Of a DNA stretch of 64,000 nucleotides, positions 62,601 to 64,000 are shown one piece after another. The number at the start of each line of letters is the position of its first letter. Within the stretch, counting starts at the first letter, position 1. Both the position numbers and the translations under genes were made by a program. Source of the stretch: Rhodothermia bacterium. GTDB taxonomy: Bacteria; Bacteroidota; Rhodothermia; Rhodothermales; JAAAOL01. The notes under the pieces are model-generated. The model ran no database searches. It saw only the letters and a list, made by a program, of their open reading frames with translations, and was not told where the DNA came from. Location: contig JAUIDY010000015.1 of assembly GCA_030428385.1 (NCBI GenBank), positions 854 through 64,853 of the forward strand. The letters run 5' to 3'.

Positions 62601-64000
62601 ACATATCGTCACCTACCGACTCACCGTCAGCAGCAACGTGACGATCCCCGAGGTCATTCTTTTCGACGAGATCCCGCCCAACCTATTTATCCCCGTTGTT
62701 GACCTTGGCCCTAACCCGTATGCGTATCCGCCTCCGACCGACTGTGAATATATCGCTACTGAAAACGTAGAGGTTCATCCTGCGCTTGGTGCCTTTCCAA
62801 ATGCTATGGAATGTAGGTTCCCCCTACCGGCAGGACAGTCACGCATGTTCGACTTCAAGGTATTGGCCCAAGAAGCAGGCTTGGCCACCAATGTAGCCGA
62901 GGCGTGTGGCACGAGCGACTTTGAAACGATAGATGTGCAAGCCCTGCATGTGGAGCTTGATGTCATGGGTGCGAACGAAGAAGGAGTAGCGGCGGTGGGC
63001 ACCCCCCTCACCTTTCTTGCAAAGGTCACCAACGTTGGCAGCGAGCCAGCACCGGACGTACAAGCAACCCTCACGCTGGATTCCTATACAGGACGCGGAA
63101 TCATTCCTATTGTGTTTGTTCGTACACAGGCGTCCAACTGCGTGGCACAGGATGTAACCGCTGCCTGCAACCTGGGCACGTTGGCACCAGGGGAAACCAC
63201 CGAGGTCACCCTGAACGCTCGCACCCGCCAAGTGGGCACCAGCTTTTTGGATGCCGAAGCCGACAGTGGCGATCAACGCGAAGCCGACGAGGGAGCCGTC
63301 CTTGATGTCGTTCCCCGGCAAGCGTCCATCGAGATGGCGAACGTGAGTACGGGGCGCAACAAACAAGCCGCCGCCGTGGACATTTACCTCGACGGCACCC
63401 GCATCGCCGACGACCTCGAACCGGGTAACGCGACGGCGTTTCTGCCCCTGACGATCACGTCTAGCGCGCCCCGTATCGACATGGTGGACGGAGACGCTCC
63501 GGACAACAGCGCCCCGCTGGCCTCATTTACCGCCGACCTCGTGGGCGCGCAGGCAGACACCCTGGCCTTCTCCGAGCAAACGCTGCTGCTGCTCACCGAC
63601 ACGCCCGGCGACACGCTGGGCCTGATCCTGAAGCACCACGCCCAAAACACCGCCGCCGATCCCACGCAGGCCGATGTCTTCTTCGTCCACGCCAGCCCCG
63701 ACGCGCCCCGGCTGCGCCTGCACGTCCTCAACACTGCGACCGAAACCGCTATGGTGGACTTTGGCGAGACGAGTGGCTACGTGACTGTGCCACCCGCCAT
63801 TTATTTCGTCGATGTGCGGAACGCCGATACAGGCGCTTCCCTCGGCACCCAGCGCCTCGACCTCACGAGCAGCGCTGGGCAGGCAGTGGCACTTGTCCTT
63901 ACGGGCCGCCTTGCCGACGGAAGTTTCACCCTCGACGCCTTCGACGGGCAGGGCAGTGACGTGCCTTCCCCCATCGACAACGCTGACGACGTGCCGGGCC
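59644..64000 (+). CDS. Large surface protein with DUF11/CARDB-like repeats and DUF4397-like C-region (3' end outside window; absent from ORF track)
   Basis: ATG 59644 is followed by the signal peptide MKCLSALLPVARLAVIGLVLCLPRYTYAQ. I read every frame-1 codon to 63999 and found no stop (1452 codons). Repeats include EYTYDVIIQNNGPNPSG and TPLTFLAKVTNVGSEPAPDVQATLTL. The tail is VFFVHASPDAPRLRLHV..AIYFVDVRNADTG. Confidence 0.85.
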   Translation, partial: MKCLSALLPVARLAVIGLVLCLPRYTYAQGTPCPDGNGCYGLGELTAFEADGTTEITSIPAGDTFDLIFGLHVAGSSITPEPHPNGSLTFTFGSGTFVALLGQPEVSLPNFVCTGGTDGAPLTCTWDGFSSTGFSIVFGIRVQAPLVTTEIILPIMGTVDPYDATLGNIGVHRMQTTDLTVEAGEAPATDLETFINGPDEVEANAEYTYDVIIQNNGPNPSGTFTMSTNASETVLSGSLPSCAAESTVNLQCPDLGPLAPGESVTVTVTAQAGEDLGNTLVSARWINDALDDTNPGNDIVFYNFDIVEPTAEADLSLACEQAEGDKQGDEVNAGSSRTYVCQANNPEEEAVENAILAVAATPSDALPPEDIGIEPPDGWTAGATSVTTPVLSPGLSGPITITVTFNQPGAISLGFSLSSDASDPNPSDNTFLEELDVVAPDLSVEIIGPDEGIGQLNESGDRLNAQYPFTVKVENLSTAKATSEASILDITVIFSFYFVEFPPGCSGIDQDTPILRCQIGALAPGDNIQIGLDMRMELVGDYFDLTPEQQLIPIEAEVRPVSPEADEDTTNHQTSKEFRIVPPTAFVFLDPVPTVPSGVVRVQRGTLTNNTDEQQDVTTTVFSTVSNLVKINRVTTEDGVCTFEEDVEEYTCTAQLEPEESQEVEVTYATLGEGTASVCARVEETTQEVCTEYNIGPPQALPDLFVSPLELNPDVRLFGVDVIYEVLVTVGNKDDAEADSKDSELLLTSHLDIPPLFDLLPEGCSARNLINDEDEGIDFVGVFCPVGPLAIGETRTYAFSFLTPPDLIEPSIEERIGLLHEATITPLDPVLDRDMTDHHKLVEAEFTNSDYLLEDRAPASAVTNTPVAVPLFITNVTNQAASLQLDLTGSEAATFIESLTDVADTQLNGSTATQTFNVPENSTVQVGVVVSFNTAGTQTVDLRLADQDTEVLTQTLSVLLSDEPLCTVTKELLSDDATPPVNLSQEHIVTYRLTVSSNVTIPEVILFDEIPPNLFIPVVDLGPNPYAYPPPTDCEYIATENVEVHPALGAFPNAMECRFPLPAGQSRMFDFKVLAQEAGLATNVAEACGTSDFETIDVQALHVELDVMGANEEGVAAVGTPLTFLAKVTNVGSEPAPDVQATLTLDSYTGRGIIPIVFVRTQASNCVAQDVTAACNLGTLAPGETTEVTLNARTRQVGTSFLDAEADSGDQREADEGAVLDVVPRQASIEMANVSTGRNKQAAAVDIYLDGTRIADDLEPGNATAFLPLTITSSAPRIDMVDGDAPDNSAPLASFTADLVGAQADTLAFSEQTLLLLTDTPGDTLGLILKHHAQNTAADPTQADVFFVHASPDAPRLRLHVLNTATETAMVDFGETSGYVTVPPAIYFVDVRNADTGASLGTQRLDLTSSAGQAVALVLTGRLADGSFTLDAFDGQGSDVPSPIDNADDVPG

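Noticed and set aside
59760-63734. Listed ORFs on both strands in this interval (e.g. 59760-60266, 60657-61088, 62839-63366).
   Set aside because: All lie within, or antisense to, the unlisted frame-1 ORF that starts at 59644 and has clear repeat-domain content.

Overview
High-GC bacterial chromosomal segment with about 35 protein genes and one tRNA. The gene content points to Bacteroidota/Rhodothermota, possibly Rhodothermales-like; this is inference only. The supporting features are several T9SS-type C-terminal sorting domains, three hybrid HisKA-HATPase-REC-AraC regulators, a TonB-dependent receptor and a stand-alone nuoI.

Layout, left to right:
- 1-516: partial small T9SS/YD-repeat protein.
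- 517-4700: accessory-looking stretch with a transposase relic, a kinase-like membrane protein, a PAP2 phosphatase with a MITE inserted in frame, and a repeat cassette.
- 4698-9541: hybrid kinase 1 and a TonB-C protein.
- 21723 down to 9772, minus strand: arylsulfatase, porin-like protein, DUF4136 lipoprotein, beta-barrel protein, PBP-TolC fusion, RND adaptor, RND pump, K+ channel.
- 21963-30234, plus strand: MFS transporter, MalT-like LuxR regulator, TonB-dependent receptor, small protein, HtrA-like protease.
- 30492-40015: about 10 kb holding hybrid kinase 2 plus a 1.6-1.7k-aa beta-helix T9SS protein. It is bracketed by diverged direct repeats and sits next to tRNA-Val.
- 40774-48308: housekeeping core (tRNA-Val, holA, nuoI, two PspB-like genes, hisG, hisE, GNAT, DUF4159).
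- 48420-57662: second module of hybrid kinase 3 plus a 1960-aa beta-helix T9SS protein.
- 57717-59555: a pilin-like small protein, a T9SS-domain relic and a DUF1028 protein.
- 59644 to the window end: a surface-protein ORF of more than 1452 codons that is missing from the supplied ORF track because it has no stop in the window.

Main leads:
- The duplicated kinase/giant-adhesin module, one copy of which lies inside a repeat-bracketed island.
- An in-frame MITE insertion in a signal peptide.
- A shared TCACCC-box operator upstream of three operons.
- 21-bp-phased direct repeats downstream of two AraC-output kinases.
- A conserved 40-codon ORF family.
- A nearly invariant 82-nt hairpin repeat.

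I saw no CRISPR array, rRNA, intact transposase or integrase. All family names are from motif recognition by eye, not from searches.
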